A DNA stretch of 32,000 nucleotides, from positions 14,225 through 46,224 of the forward strand of contig NZ_FUWK01000021.1 of assembly GCF_900167395.1 (NCBI RefSeq). Reading direction: 5' to 3'. The notes under the pieces were generated by a model. The model ran no database searches and was not told where the DNA came from. It was given only the letters and a program-made list of their open reading frames with translations. Positions 1 to 7,358 of this stretch are shown piece after piece. The first letter of the stretch is position 1. The number at the start of each line of letters is the position of its first letter. The DNA comes from Nitrosomonas europaea. GTDB lineage: Bacteria; Pseudomonadota; Gammaproteobacteria; Burkholderiales; Nitrosomonadaceae. Both the position numbers and the translations under genes were made by a program.

Positions 1-1749
1 GCTGAGAATGTCGTATTCCCGCGCACCGGTCGCCATCCGGATGCCGATCTCGCGCGTGCGTTCCCGGACGGTCATCAGCATGACATTCATCACACCAATT
101 CCCCCGACCAGGAGTGACACCGCTGCGACCAGACCCAGCATCCTGGTCATGGTATCGCGCGTTTCCAGTTGCGTCTTCAATCTGGCTGCTGCATTACCAA
201 TACGAAAATCCTCGCGTCCATGGCGCTCCAGCAGCAGCGCTCTGATTGCTTCTTCAGCTTCCTGTACCTGATCCATCGAAGCTGCTTCCATGACGATGTA
301 GTCAGGCTGTTCCTGCGCCTGATAGACGCGTGCGCGGCCGGCCCGATAAGGAATGAATACCATATCGTCATAATTCTGGGAGCCGGATTCGGCACCGCGT
401 TCAGCCATGACCCCGATCACTTCGAACGGGGAGGTACCAATCAGCAGATATTGACCCACCGGGTTCGACAGATGCGGAAAAAAGCTGCGATAGATTTTAT
501 GGCCGAGGACAACCACGGGAGCCAGTTCACGATCTTCCGTCTCGGTAAAAAAACGTCCTTGTGCCACACGCCAGTGATGAACCATCGGCATGATATAAGG
601 GCTGGAAAATACATAGATCTGTTTATCTACATTCTGATGCCTTACCAGAATCGGATCACCAATCACTGGCATGACCCGGCTGATTTCTGGCAAACGTGCC
701 ACCTCATCCAGATCTTCTTCAGTGATCACCCCTACCGGCCCACCTGTGGACGGAACATCACTGCTCATATACATAATGGTCGTCCCCATTGATCCCATCT
801 GATCAATCACCCGCTGTTTGGTCCCTTCACCGATAGCCAGCATGACGATGACAGAGGCCACCCCGATGACGATCCCCAGCAGTGTAAGACTGGTACGCAC
901 ACGGTGAATCCACATGACGCGCCAGGCAGCCCGGATCGTTTCATGCAACCCCTGCCAGAATGGTGTGCCGGTATCCTCATGGGCTTGGGTCATCTCCAGC
1001 GATGACAGTCCGGCGTGATGCAGAAGCGGCTGTTCGCTCGGCTGCCGGTCAGTCACGCTATCTGCCACGATCCGGCCATCGCGGATTTCGACTACCCGCT
1101 GGGCCTGTGCGGCTACATCACGGTCATGGGTGATGAGAATGACAGTATGGCCAGCGCCGGCCAGTTCACGGAGCAGTTCCATCACTTCGGCGCCGCTTCT
1201 GGAATCGAGTGCGCCGGTCGGCTCATCGGCCAGAATGATATGCCCGCCGTTCATCAGGGCACGGGCAATCGAAACACGCTGTTGCTGACCTCCGGAAAGC
1301 TGGTTGGGGCGATTGTTAAGTTTATCGCTCAGGCCGAGCCGTCCGAGCAGATCGGCAGCACGCTGCATCCGTTCACCCGGCGGCAAACCAGCATAAATCG
1401 CCGGGATTTCCACATTCTCCCGGGCTGATTCAGTCGGGATCAGATGGTAACCCTGAAACACGAAGCCAAACGCCTTGCGCCGCAGCCAGGCCAACTCATC
1501 CGATCCGAAAGTGGAAACATCTTCTCCGGCAAACCGATAACTGCCGCTGCTGGGTCGATCCAGACAGCCCAGCAGATGCATGAGTGTGGATTTACCCGAT
1601 CCTGATGACCCGACGATGGCGATAAACTCACCTGCCCGGATATCCAGATCGATACCGTGCAACACTTCGACTTCCGGCTTGTCTCCTCCGCCATAACGCT
1701 TGCGGATACCTCTCAGCTCGATGAGCGGCGGTAGGTCAGTACTTACCAC
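1..1749 (-). CDS. macB: MacB-family ABC efflux transporter (fused ATPase + FtsX-type permease); its C-terminal end runs off the window
   Basis: Absent from the supplied ORF track because it is edge-truncated; found by hand-translating the reverse strand. GTG at 1749 overlaps the macA stop as GTGGTAA. Translation then reads VSTDLPPLIELRGIRKRYGGGDKPEVEVLHGIDLDIRAGEFIAIVGSSGSGKSTLMHLLGCLD (Walker A), LSGGQQQRVSIARAL (ABC signature) and IILADEPTGALD (Walker B). Periplasmic-domain and FtsX-like hydrophobic sequence follows (LLVGGIGVMNVMLMTVRERTREIGIRMATGA), and the frame stays open to position 1. Confidence 0.9.
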   Translation of the reverse strand, partial: MVSTDLPPLIELRGIRKRYGGGDKPEVEVLHGIDLDIRAGEFIAIVGSSGSGKSTLMHLLGCLDRPSSGSYRFAGEDVSTFGSDELAWLRRKAFGFVFQGYHLIPTESARENVEIPAIYAGLPPGERMQRAADLLGRLGLSDKLNNRPNQLSGGQQQRVSIARALMNGGHIILADEPTGALDSRSGAEVMELLRELAGAGHTVILITHDRDVAAQAQRVVEIRDGRIVADSVTDRQPSEQPLLHHAGLSSLEMTQAHEDTGTPFWQGLHETIRAAWRVMWIHRVRTSLTLLGIVIGVASVIVMLAIGEGTKQRVIDQMGSMGTTIMYMSSDVPSTGGPVGVITEEDLDEVARLPEISRVMPVIGDPILVRHQNVDKQIYVFSSPYIMPMVHHWRVAQGRFFTETEDRELAPVVVLGHKIYRSFFPHLSNPVGQYLLIGTSPFEVIGVMAERGAESGSQNYDDMVFIPYRAGRARVYQAQEQPDYIVMEAASMDQVQEAEEAIRALLLERHGREDFRIGNAAARLKTQLETRDTMTRMLGLVAAVSLLVGGIGVMNVMLMTVRERTREIGIRMATGAREYDILS

Positions 1750-2939
1750 CGGAATCTCCGAGGCTTGGTCGATTCAGTCTGTTCACTGACAATGATCTGC
1801 TCCCCCTCCTTCAGCCCGGCCACGACTTCACCCTGCAACCGGTTACGTATACCAAGCTGCAACTCGCGTACCTGCACCTGACCATCCTGACCCAGGATGC
1901 GTGCCTGGTACAGATCATTCTGATCTTTCCGCTCCACCGATGACAAGGCAGGTATCGGAACGGTCAGTACATTACTGGCACTGGCAATCATAAATATGAC
2001 CTGTGCCGTCATTTGCGGCATCAGCTCACCATCGCTGTTGTCGACATCGAACAAAACGGTATATTGCACAGCTTTGGTACCCGCCGCCGGCGTTTTGTTG
2101 TTATCACCCCCTCCCTGTGCCGGAACTGCCTGGGGAGGCGCAGGCAATATCTGCCGCACGGTGCTGTGCCAGCGACGCCGATCTCCTCCCAGTGTGGTGA
2201 AATAAACCGGCATGCCAGCCTTGATCTGCCGGATATCTGCTTCGGAAACATCGGTCCATACGGTCATCCGGGTCAGATCAGCTACGCGCAGAACTGTCGG
2301 AATCTGATAGGTTGCGTTCAGTGTCTGCCCTTCTTTGGCGTCGACCCCGACCACCACCCCGGCAATAGGTGCATAAATGCGGGTAAATCCGAGCAGCGTT
2401 TCATTACCCTTGAGCGTGGAGCTGACCTGCTGGATCTGGGCACGCAGTTGGTCGATACGCGCAGCTGCAGATTTGAGGGCGGCAGCAGCCACCTGTACAT
2501 CCTCCAACCGTGTGGCGTCATCCTTTTCCATCTGCTGCTGACGTGCATACTGCTGTTTGGCCAGCTCATGCTGTGCCCTCTGATCAGCCAGCTGGGCTCG
2601 CAGACCGGCCAATTGGGCCCGCCCGGCATCGACTGTCGCCTGATGGACACGAGCGTCGATCTCAGCCAGCAGCTGACCTTTTTCGACCGTATCGCCAACC
2701 TCCACATGTAATCGCATGATCTGTCCTGAAACCTGAGCGCCGATCTCGACCGATTTCAGTGGTTGCAGCGTACCGATTGCAGCGACACTGGCTTCGATAT
2801 CACCACGGGCGACTGGTACCGTCTGATAGGCAGGATCAGCATCACCCTGCCACCACATGCCTGTGCCGGTCAGCAGAACAATCAGGAGAAGCAAAAACAG
2901 CCAGCGATTCTTGCGCCGGCCCGATGTGGAAACAGCCAT
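1743..2939 (-). CDS. macA: MacA/HlyD-family periplasmic adaptor (membrane fusion protein) of the MacAB pump
   Basis: 398-aa ORF with an ATG start at 2939. It has an N-terminal membrane anchor (WLFLLLLIVLLTGTGMWW) and a long Q/A/L-rich coiled-coil hairpin (VDAGRAQLAGLRAQLADQRAQHELAKQQYARQQQM). The remaining segments look like a typical membrane-fusion protein. The stop overlaps the macB start. Confidence 0.88.
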   Translation of the reverse strand: MAVSTSGRRKNRWLFLLLLIVLLTGTGMWWQGDADPAYQTVPVARGDIEASVAAIGTLQPLKSVEIGAQVSGQIMRLHVEVGDTVEKGQLLAEIDARVHQATVDAGRAQLAGLRAQLADQRAQHELAKQQYARQQQMEKDDATRLEDVQVAAAALKSAAARIDQLRAQIQQVSSTLKGNETLLGFTRIYAPIAGVVVGVDAKEGQTLNATYQIPTVLRVADLTRMTVWTDVSEADIRQIKAGMPVYFTTLGGDRRRWHSTVRQILPAPPQAVPAQGGGDNNKTPAAGTKAVQYTVLFDVDNSDGELMPQMTAQVIFMIASASNVLTVPIPALSSVERKDQNDLYQARILGQDGQVQVRELQLGIRNRLQGEVVAGLKEGEQIIVSEQTESTKPRRFRW

Positions 2940-2958
2940 TCAGTGAAGCCTCGGTAAC

Positions 2959-2981
2959 GATAAAATAAATCCGGGATTATC
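2959..2981. promoter_or_regulatory. Degenerate Fur-box-like sequence in the macA leader
   Basis: The minus strand reads GATAATcccggATTTATTTTATC: a perfect GATAAT hexamer plus two ATTATC-like hexamers, interrupted by cccgg. It lies 20-42 nt upstream of the macA ATG. A second weak site, cgAATGATttCATcgata, is near 2990..3007. The match to the E. coli/Pseudomonas consensus GATAATGATAATCATTATC is poor. Confidence 0.25.
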
Positions 2982-3098
2982 GATGCCATCGAATGATTTC
3001 ATCGATATCGTAAAGCGATTTCTGCTGCTGTCTTCGCACACCGCACAAGCAATACGAGCGGACAGCAATCCGATACTGCTGCAGCAAGCCAGCAGTTT

Positions 3099-3443
3099 TT
3101 ATGTGACAAGCAATATCAGCACACCGGCAATCGTTGTCCCCGCGGCGGCCAGAGCAGCCAGACGTGGCAAATAGGGCAACATCAGAATGATCAGTAACCC
3201 GCCCGCTGTCAGAAATCCGAACCATACCACCACACCGACAGCCGTCCCCCATGCCTGTATACAGGGTACAACCGCCAGTATCAACAACAGCCAGCCCAGG
3301 ATCCTGAAGAAATGACGCCGGCCGGAGGGCAGTACACGCTGCCCGGCCACCTGTTCATAATGGCGCGGCATGGCCAGGCTCAGGCCCGTCATTCCGGCAT
3401 ACGCCAGTGTAAACGCTGCAAGCGCAGCCAATGGAACGGACAT
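3099..3443 (-). CDS. DUF3325-family small membrane protein (commonly partnered with PepSY-TM iron proteins)
   Basis: The ORF track gives 3099..3467. I prefer the internal ATG at 3443, which sits directly after the PepSY stop (tgaaATG). The sequence MSVPLAALAAFTLAYAGMTGLSLAMPRHYEQVAG...GWLLLILAVVPCIQAWGTAVGVVVWFGFLTAGGLLIILMLPYLP fits the DUF3325 pattern as I recall it (LAM.RH..QV; GW.LL..S...C...WG; LLP). Confidence 0.7.
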   Translation of the reverse strand: MSVPLAALAAFTLAYAGMTGLSLAMPRHYEQVAGQRVLPSGRRHFFRILGWLLLILAVVPCIQAWGTAVGVVVWFGFLTAGGLLIILMLPYLPRLAALAAAGTTIAGVLILLVT

Positions 3444-3444
3444 T

Positions 3445-5403
3445 TCACATTCCTCCAAAAGTAGCATTGAACAAAATAGTCAGTGCACAACCGATAGCCA
3501 GAAAAAATACACCCTGCCATGCCCGTTTCGGTGCTCGCGCAGAAAAAACCCAGATGATCACTCCTGTGTAGGCAGCAAAACTGAGCAGCGTGGATGCCAA
3601 TACCGCTTCTGCCCGGGCTATCGGCAACACCATGGGCAACAGGATCGCCAATCCGCTGGCAACTGCATATCCTCCCAATGTCGCAGCCAGTACGCGCATC
3701 AGAATGCTGTTACGGTATGGGACGGACGCAGTGATTGTTTTCTGCTGAGTAGCAACTACCGCAGATCGAGGCGGCAAAACAGGTGCCATGCTGCGAGCCT
3801 TTTGCGCCATCGTTGCCAGCAGCAGACCGAGGCCGATGACGGTCAATTCCACACCCACCCTTTCCCAGTCTCCCTGCAATCCGTAAGTCAGCACCTGCTG
3901 GCCGGTGGTCAGCCAGTTGAGCAGTGGCAATGCCAGACACAGCAGTGCCGCCAGTGATAATTGTTCCACCCAGGCACTGGCAACAGGGCGAATCGAGGCA
4001 TGCAGCAATGCCATCAGCCAGACAGTGAAAAAGGTGGTGATTTCCCAGTGCGACCGATCTTCGATCCCGACCGGAATCAATCGGTTACTCCACAGATAAG
4101 CAATACAAGCAATGCACAGCCCGGCAATGACGGCGACATTGAGTGTTTCGATGAGACGATAGACTCTGCGCGTATGCGAACCAAATTCATTCAACGCCTT
4201 TTGCCGCCGCTTGACCATGAACAGAATGGAACCGGTCGCCATCATGATTGCGCCAGCCAGCCCACTGATAAAATAGAGCCATTTGATGGTGTCGCCGCCA
4301 AACCTTGCAAAATGTAAAGTCCCCATCACCCGCTGGACGGCCTGTGCCTCCCCTCCGCGATGATCGCCCGACATCTGTATATCCAGCGTTTCACCGGTGA
4401 TCCCATCGAATATCACATTGCCACTACCTGGCGGAAGCAGATATTTTTCATTTTCCTCTTCATCGAAAAGGCCGAACACCGTAACAGAAGCACTGCTGTC
4501 ACCTGGATGGTTGACAGAAACGAAGCTGGCTCGTCTGCCCAGCTCCGTTTCAGCAGTCAGCAGCAATTTATCCAGTGATGCCACCTGTGCATCGATATGG
4601 GTCTCTTCCCGGGGAGCCGGTCGGGACAGCAACTGCGAGAAATAAGTATCCTTGTTCGGATAGTGTGCGAATATGCCCGCCGGCATATAAAGTGAATAAA
4701 AAATGGCCAGCCCGGTATAGACAATCATGAACTGGAAAGGCAGTGTCAGTACCGATGCGACATTATGCGCATCCAGCCATGATCGCTGGCCTTTCTTCGG
4801 TCGAAAAGTGAAAAAATCCTTGAAGATACGTTTATGCGTAATGACACCACTGACCAGAGCAACCAGCATGATCATGGCAAAAAATCCTACCATCCAGATA
4901 CCGGCTTCCCCGGCATGAAACTCGAAGTGCATATGCACGAAATGGTGACCACCTTCGGTTTCACGATCGACCGCCTTATCCAGTTCTGTACCAGTCACCG
5001 GATCGAGTCGTGTCTGCTGAAACTTGGCATCTTCATTTTCCCGCCAGAACAGACGGATAGCCGGATCGGATTCACCCGGTAATCCGATACTCCAGAATTC
5101 TCCCCGGGGCATCGCCTGCTGCAGGTAGGTCTGAGCCAGGCGGACGGCCTGTGCCCGCTGCTCGGCGCTGCCCGGCGCCACTTCCGCTACAAGCGGCCGT
5201 TCCGGTTTCATCCAGCGGGTAATGGCATCATCGAATACCCCCAGCGTTCCTGTCAGAAAAATGGCAAACAGTACCCAGCCGGCCCATAATCCTCCCCAGG
5301 TATGCAGCCAGGTCATCCGCTGGCGGAATCCCCGTACGGGAGGATCGGATTCAGTAGCAGTGTCTGTCAAACTATCAGCATTGGATTTCATATTCGTTTT
5401 CAC
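3445..5403 (-). CDS. PepSY-associated TM-helix protein (PiuB/FoxB-like iron-regulated inner-membrane protein) with a C-terminal DUF3649-like extension
   Basis: 652-aa ORF. The first start is GTG at 5403, with an alternative ATG at 5391. It opens with the typical FRQRMTWLHTWGGLWAGWVLFAIFLTGTLGVF and has His-containing TM helices (GGHHFVHMHFEFHAGE, WLDAHNVASVLTLPFQF, GTLHFARFGGDTIKWLYFISG). Extra TM helices follow, then a polar linker and a roughly 90-aa hydrophobic tail. Confidence 0.85.
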   Translation of the reverse strand: MKTNMKSNADSLTDTATESDPPVRGFRQRMTWLHTWGGLWAGWVLFAIFLTGTLGVFDDAITRWMKPERPLVAEVAPGSAEQRAQAVRLAQTYLQQAMPRGEFWSIGLPGESDPAIRLFWRENEDAKFQQTRLDPVTGTELDKAVDRETEGGHHFVHMHFEFHAGEAGIWMVGFFAMIMLVALVSGVITHKRIFKDFFTFRPKKGQRSWLDAHNVASVLTLPFQFMIVYTGLAIFYSLYMPAGIFAHYPNKDTYFSQLLSRPAPREETHIDAQVASLDKLLLTAETELGRRASFVSVNHPGDSSASVTVFGLFDEEENEKYLLPPGSGNVIFDGITGETLDIQMSGDHRGGEAQAVQRVMGTLHFARFGGDTIKWLYFISGLAGAIMMATGSILFMVKRRQKALNEFGSHTRRVYRLIETLNVAVIAGLCIACIAYLWSNRLIPVGIEDRSHWEITTFFTVWLMALLHASIRPVASAWVEQLSLAALLCLALPLLNWLTTGQQVLTYGLQGDWERVGVELTVIGLGLLLATMAQKARSMAPVLPPRSAVVATQQKTITASVPYRNSILMRVLAATLGGYAVASGLAILLPMVLPIARAEAVLASTLLSFAAYTGVIIWVFSARAPKRAWQGVFFLAIGCALTILFNATFGGM

Positions 5404-5441
5404 CCGGAATAATGTTTCTCAATTTTTATGCAGGTAGAACC

Positions 5442-5466
5442 CCTATCTGCATGCGTCTGCGAAAAA
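5442..5466 (-). promoter_or_regulatory. Candidate sigma-1-dependent promoter/leader motif upstream of the PepSY gene
   Basis: In mRNA sense it reads tttttcgcagacgcatgcagatagg, 39 nt upstream of the 5403 start. It matches 18/25 positions, with identical spacing, to tttttcgaggggcaatgtagatagg upstream of TBDT-1 (9895..9919). Confidence 0.4.
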
Positions 5467-5490
5467 TAGAGTCTGTATACGCACTGTTGA

Positions 5491-6504
5491 TCATGTATCC
5501 TCCTGCCGTGCTCCTACCCGAATCCAGTATCGGGTAAACAGCTGCACATCGATCGGCAGAGTCTTCTGCAATATGGCCAGTATCTTGCCGATATCTGCCA
5601 GTGGATAGGTCCCGGTTACTTTCAGCTGTGCAACAGCCGGGTCACAACTCAACCAGCCGGATCGATGGCGCCCCAGCTCAGCCAGAAAATCAATGAGCGG
5701 CATATCTCTCGCGACGATCATGCCCTGACGCCAGGCAGTATCAGCCTCACATGCCATTCCCACAGCGATCACGCCATCACGTGTGAAAGCTGCCTGCTGG
5801 CCGACTTCCAACTGTCGCAAACGACCGGTGATCGGTTGAATCTCGACTGCACCTTCGAATACTGCCACGCTACTTTTGCCTTGTTGTGACACATCGAACT
5901 GGCGCACGGTAAAACGTGTCCCGATCGCACGCAATATTCCCTGTGCAGTCTCAATCAGCAGAGGACGTGCAGCCCCGATTCCATTCGCCAGCCGGGGGTC
6001 AGGCGCAGTGGTCACCATGATCTCCCCATTCATCAAACGGATCAGACGCCGTGTATCGTCAAAATTGACCGTAATGGCGCTACCGGAATTGAGTTCTATA
6101 CCTGTTCCATCGGAAAGCGTAACAGCCCGGTGCTCACCGATACCGGTACAGTAATCTTCCGGCCACCAGCACCAGAGCCGCCCTTCTCCGGCCACCCATG
6201 TTCCACCACCCAGGAAAATCAATACAGTCAGCGCCTTGATTGCTCTGCGCCGGCTCGAAGAATGAGGAGGAGTCAGAGCAGCATGTGCCAGTGGAGAAGG
6301 AAGTCCCCGCAATTTTCTGGAAAAAACCTCTACCTGCTGCCAGGCGTATTCATGATCAGGATGAGACATGCGCCATTTCTGCCACTGATCACGTGTTTCA
6401 TCCGTCACGATATCAGACTGTAATTCCACCAGCCAGTTGACCGCCTGACGCCGCACATCTGGTGGTACGACCGAATCTCTGGCTATTTCTTCGGTATCAG
6501 GCAT
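5491..6504 (-). CDS. FecR-family transmembrane anti-sigma factor / sensor (pair 1)
   Basis: 337 aa. It has an N-terminal anti-sigma region (RRQAVNWLVELQS...WQKWRMSHPDHEYAWQQVE), a single TM segment (AIKALTVLIFLGGGTWVA), a FecR domain (AIGTRFTVRQ) and a C-terminal domain. Confidence 0.88.
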   Translation of the reverse strand: MPDTEEIARDSVVPPDVRRQAVNWLVELQSDIVTDETRDQWQKWRMSHPDHEYAWQQVEVFSRKLRGLPSPLAHAALTPPHSSSRRRAIKALTVLIFLGGGTWVAGEGRLWCWWPEDYCTGIGEHRAVTLSDGTGIELNSGSAITVNFDDTRRLIRLMNGEIMVTTAPDPRLANGIGAARPLLIETAQGILRAIGTRFTVRQFDVSQQGKSSVAVFEGAVEIQPITGRLRQLEVGQQAAFTRDGVIAVGMACEADTAWRQGMIVARDMPLIDFLAELGRHRSGWLSCDPAVAQLKVTGTYPLADIGKILAILQKTLPIDVQLFTRYWIRVGARQEDT

Positions 6505-6562
6505 CAGATATCAAACAACAATTTTGCTATAGGGTACTGATCCACCCGTAAACACTTCCTGA

Positions 6563-7075
6563 TCATCCGATAAAGCAGCATTGTTCCAGCGCTTTTGCTA
6601 CATAACGCTTGACAGTGGGAACAGAAATACCGCAACGCTGAGCGATCTCGCTCTGACGCAGGCCATCGATCTGTGACAACAGAAAAACCTTGCGTACCAG
6701 AGGCGGCATACCATCCAGCAGCGCATCGATTTCCACCAGTGTTTCCAGCATGATGGCCTGAGCCTCGGGTGACGGCGCCAATGACTCCGGTATCTGTGCC
6801 AGTGCATCGAGATATGCCTGTTCGATGCGCTGATGACGATGGAAATTGGCTACGATACCCTGTGCGATCGTAGTGAGCAGCGCACGTGGCTCATGAATGA
6901 CAGGGAGTGAATCCTTGCTCAGAATCCGCAAAAAAATATCATGCGCCAGATCCGGAGCCTGCAGAGCATTGCTCAGCCTGCGACGCAACCACCCCACCAG
7001 CCATTTGTGATGATGGCAATAGAGCGACTCGATACTGCAGGAAGCAAGGGAATTTTCCGGATTCTGGATCGTCAC
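6563..7075 (-). CDS. FecI-type ECF sigma-70 family factor (pair 1)
   Basis: The ORF track extends to a TTG at 7120. I prefer GTG at 7075 (VTIQNPENSLASCSIESLYCHHHKWLVGWLRRRL). That gives the same N-terminal length as the other three sigmas and leaves room for the Fur box and promoter. Region 2 reads DLAHDIFLRIL. The region 4 HTH reads QSEIAQRCGISVPTVKRYVAKAL. The start codon remains uncertain. Confidence 0.85.
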   Translation of the reverse strand: MTIQNPENSLASCSIESLYCHHHKWLVGWLRRRLSNALQAPDLAHDIFLRILSKDSLPVIHEPRALLTTIAQGIVANFHRHQRIEQAYLDALAQIPESLAPSPEAQAIMLETLVEIDALLDGMPPLVRKVFLLSQIDGLRQSEIAQRCGISVPTVKRYVAKALEQCCFIG

Positions 7076-7112
7076 GATGGGGTTCGAACAATAAAGCTTA
7101 AGCCTGATTTGA

Positions 7113-7140
7113 GATAACAATAATAGGAATAATTATTATT
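7113..7140. promoter_or_regulatory. Fur box (two overlapping 19-mers) upstream of the sigma-1 gene
   Basis: gataacaataataggaata (7113..7131) matches 12/19 and aataggaataattattatt (7122..7140) matches 13/19 to GATAATGATAATCATTATC. The site lies 38-65 nt upstream of the GTG at 7075. Confidence 0.6.
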
Positions 7141-7208
7141 TATTTGGAACGGATACCTGTCAAGTCATACCCCTATTTGCAACAACATTTCCAGCCATTA
7201 CACTCACC

Positions 7209-7307
7209 TTGAGCGCCTCTGACCAAGCCCTCCATGAGCCACATTACAGGCAAAATCATGATGATCGCAAGAAGCGCGATGAAGGTCATAGCTATGTTGG
7301 GATTTGA
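7209..7307 (+). other. Copy A of a short conserved element; possible small ORF (TTG start, 32 aa) or small-RNA body
   Basis: The plus frame reads (L)SASDQALHEPHYRQNHDDRKKRDEGHSYVGI*. The core 7233..7275 (catgagccacattacaggcaaaatcatgatgatcgcaagaagc) recurs at 16121..16163 with 4 mismatches. There is no convincing SD or ATG. It lies between the Fur box (7113..7140) and the hairpin at 7325..7347. Confidence 0.3.
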
Positions 7308-7324
7308 TCAGAGATTCCCTGGCT

Positions 7325-7347
7325 GCCGGCCGTTTACAACAGCCGGC
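7325..7347. terminator. GC hairpin between the TBDT-1 stop and element A (possible bidirectional terminator)
   Basis: GCCGGC cgtttacaaca GCCGGC: a 6-bp GC stem with an 11-nt loop, 12 nt downstream of the TBDT-1 stop. There is no U-tract on either strand, so it is not a canonical intrinsic terminator. Confidence 0.3.
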
Positions 7348-7358
7348 AAGATGTTGCT

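Noticed and set aside
8-1694. Track ORFs 8..271, 169..792 and 1015..1428 (+), and 177..395 and 1440..1694 (-)
   Set aside because: All lie inside the hand-translated macB reading frame, either antisense to it or out of frame. macB has unmistakable Walker A, signature and Walker B motifs, while these ORFs have no recognisable motifs.
1996-2968. Plus-strand ORFs such as 2013..2711 (232 aa), and minus out-of-frame ORFs 2021..2251 and 2318..2707
   Set aside because: They overlap macA, whose HlyD/MacA features are clear. Their Cys/Arg/Pro-rich, low-complexity translations are typical of wrong-frame reading of moderately GC-rich genes.
3370-5437. Plus-strand ORFs 3370..3957 (195 aa), 3961..4317, 4360..4645, 4727..5082 and 5222..5437
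   Set aside because: They are antisense to the PepSY-TM gene and have no motifs. Their composition is that of shadow ORFs.
7073-7095. GGTTCGAAC, resembling a tRNA T-arm
   Set aside because: No acceptor, D or anticodon stems can be drawn around it. It lies at the start of the sigma-1 coding region.
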